A stretch of 32,000 bases of DNA from Opitutales bacterium (GTDB taxonomy: Bacteria; Verrucomicrobiota; Verrucomicrobiia; Opitutales; PNEW01). Of this stretch, positions 31,946-32,000 are shown one piece after another; the first letter of the stretch is position 1, and each line of letters starts with the position of its first letter. A model generated the notes under the pieces. It was not told where the DNA came from, did not search any database, and saw nothing but the letters and a program-made list of their open reading frames with translations. Location of the stretch: assembly GCA_965219535.1 (NCBI GenBank), contig CBDCNV010000002.1, positions 1,620,001 through 1,652,000 on the forward strand, in the 5' to 3' direction. A program made the translations under genes and the position numbers.

Positions 31946-32000
31946 CGAAATAGACTATAATTAGCTAAGATCCCTTGGTACTAAAGACTTAGGTAGACAG

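Overview
Bacterial chromosomal window of roughly 40% G+C, judged by eye. All calls come from manual translation, motif recall and by-eye alignment; no database or HMM search was possible. No rRNA genes or CRISPR arrays were seen.

Right part (23.5-32 kb), core-like: tRNA-His, a Sel1-repeat/TonB-C protein, lexA with a Cheo-type SOS box inside its promoter, asnS, a BNR/sialidase-like protein, a Gfo/Idh/MocA oxidoreductase and a stand-alone class III nucleotidyl cyclase. The intergenic spacers here are filled with unusual 8-bp-phased repeat arrays that form a dispersed family.

Left part (about 23 kb), accessory and mobile DNA:
- A tyrosine-integrase element abuts the 3' end of tRNA-His. It carries an excisionase-like HTH, two paralogous winged-helix replication-type proteins and a frameshifted DnaC-like loader.
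- A G+C-richer cargo module is bracketed by ~150-bp direct repeats. It holds two tandem secreted double-Cache-like paralogs with mosaic identity. An intact 735-bp IS1016-like IS with a perfect 8-bp TSD sits 10 bp upstream of the first paralog's start codon.
- Several IS3-family wrecks are present.
- A 1.56-kb IS1595-family element has an 8-bp TSD and a nonsense-inactivated transposase.
- A transposase-less cassette is bounded by the same IR family.
- A same-strand row of small-molecule-modifying enzymes runs P-loop kinase, nucleotidyltransferase, GNAT, RfaE-like sugar kinase, HIT, an orphan, then an ANT(2'')-like gene.

Many accessory genes are pseudogenes, and a notable number carry clean in-frame stop codons.
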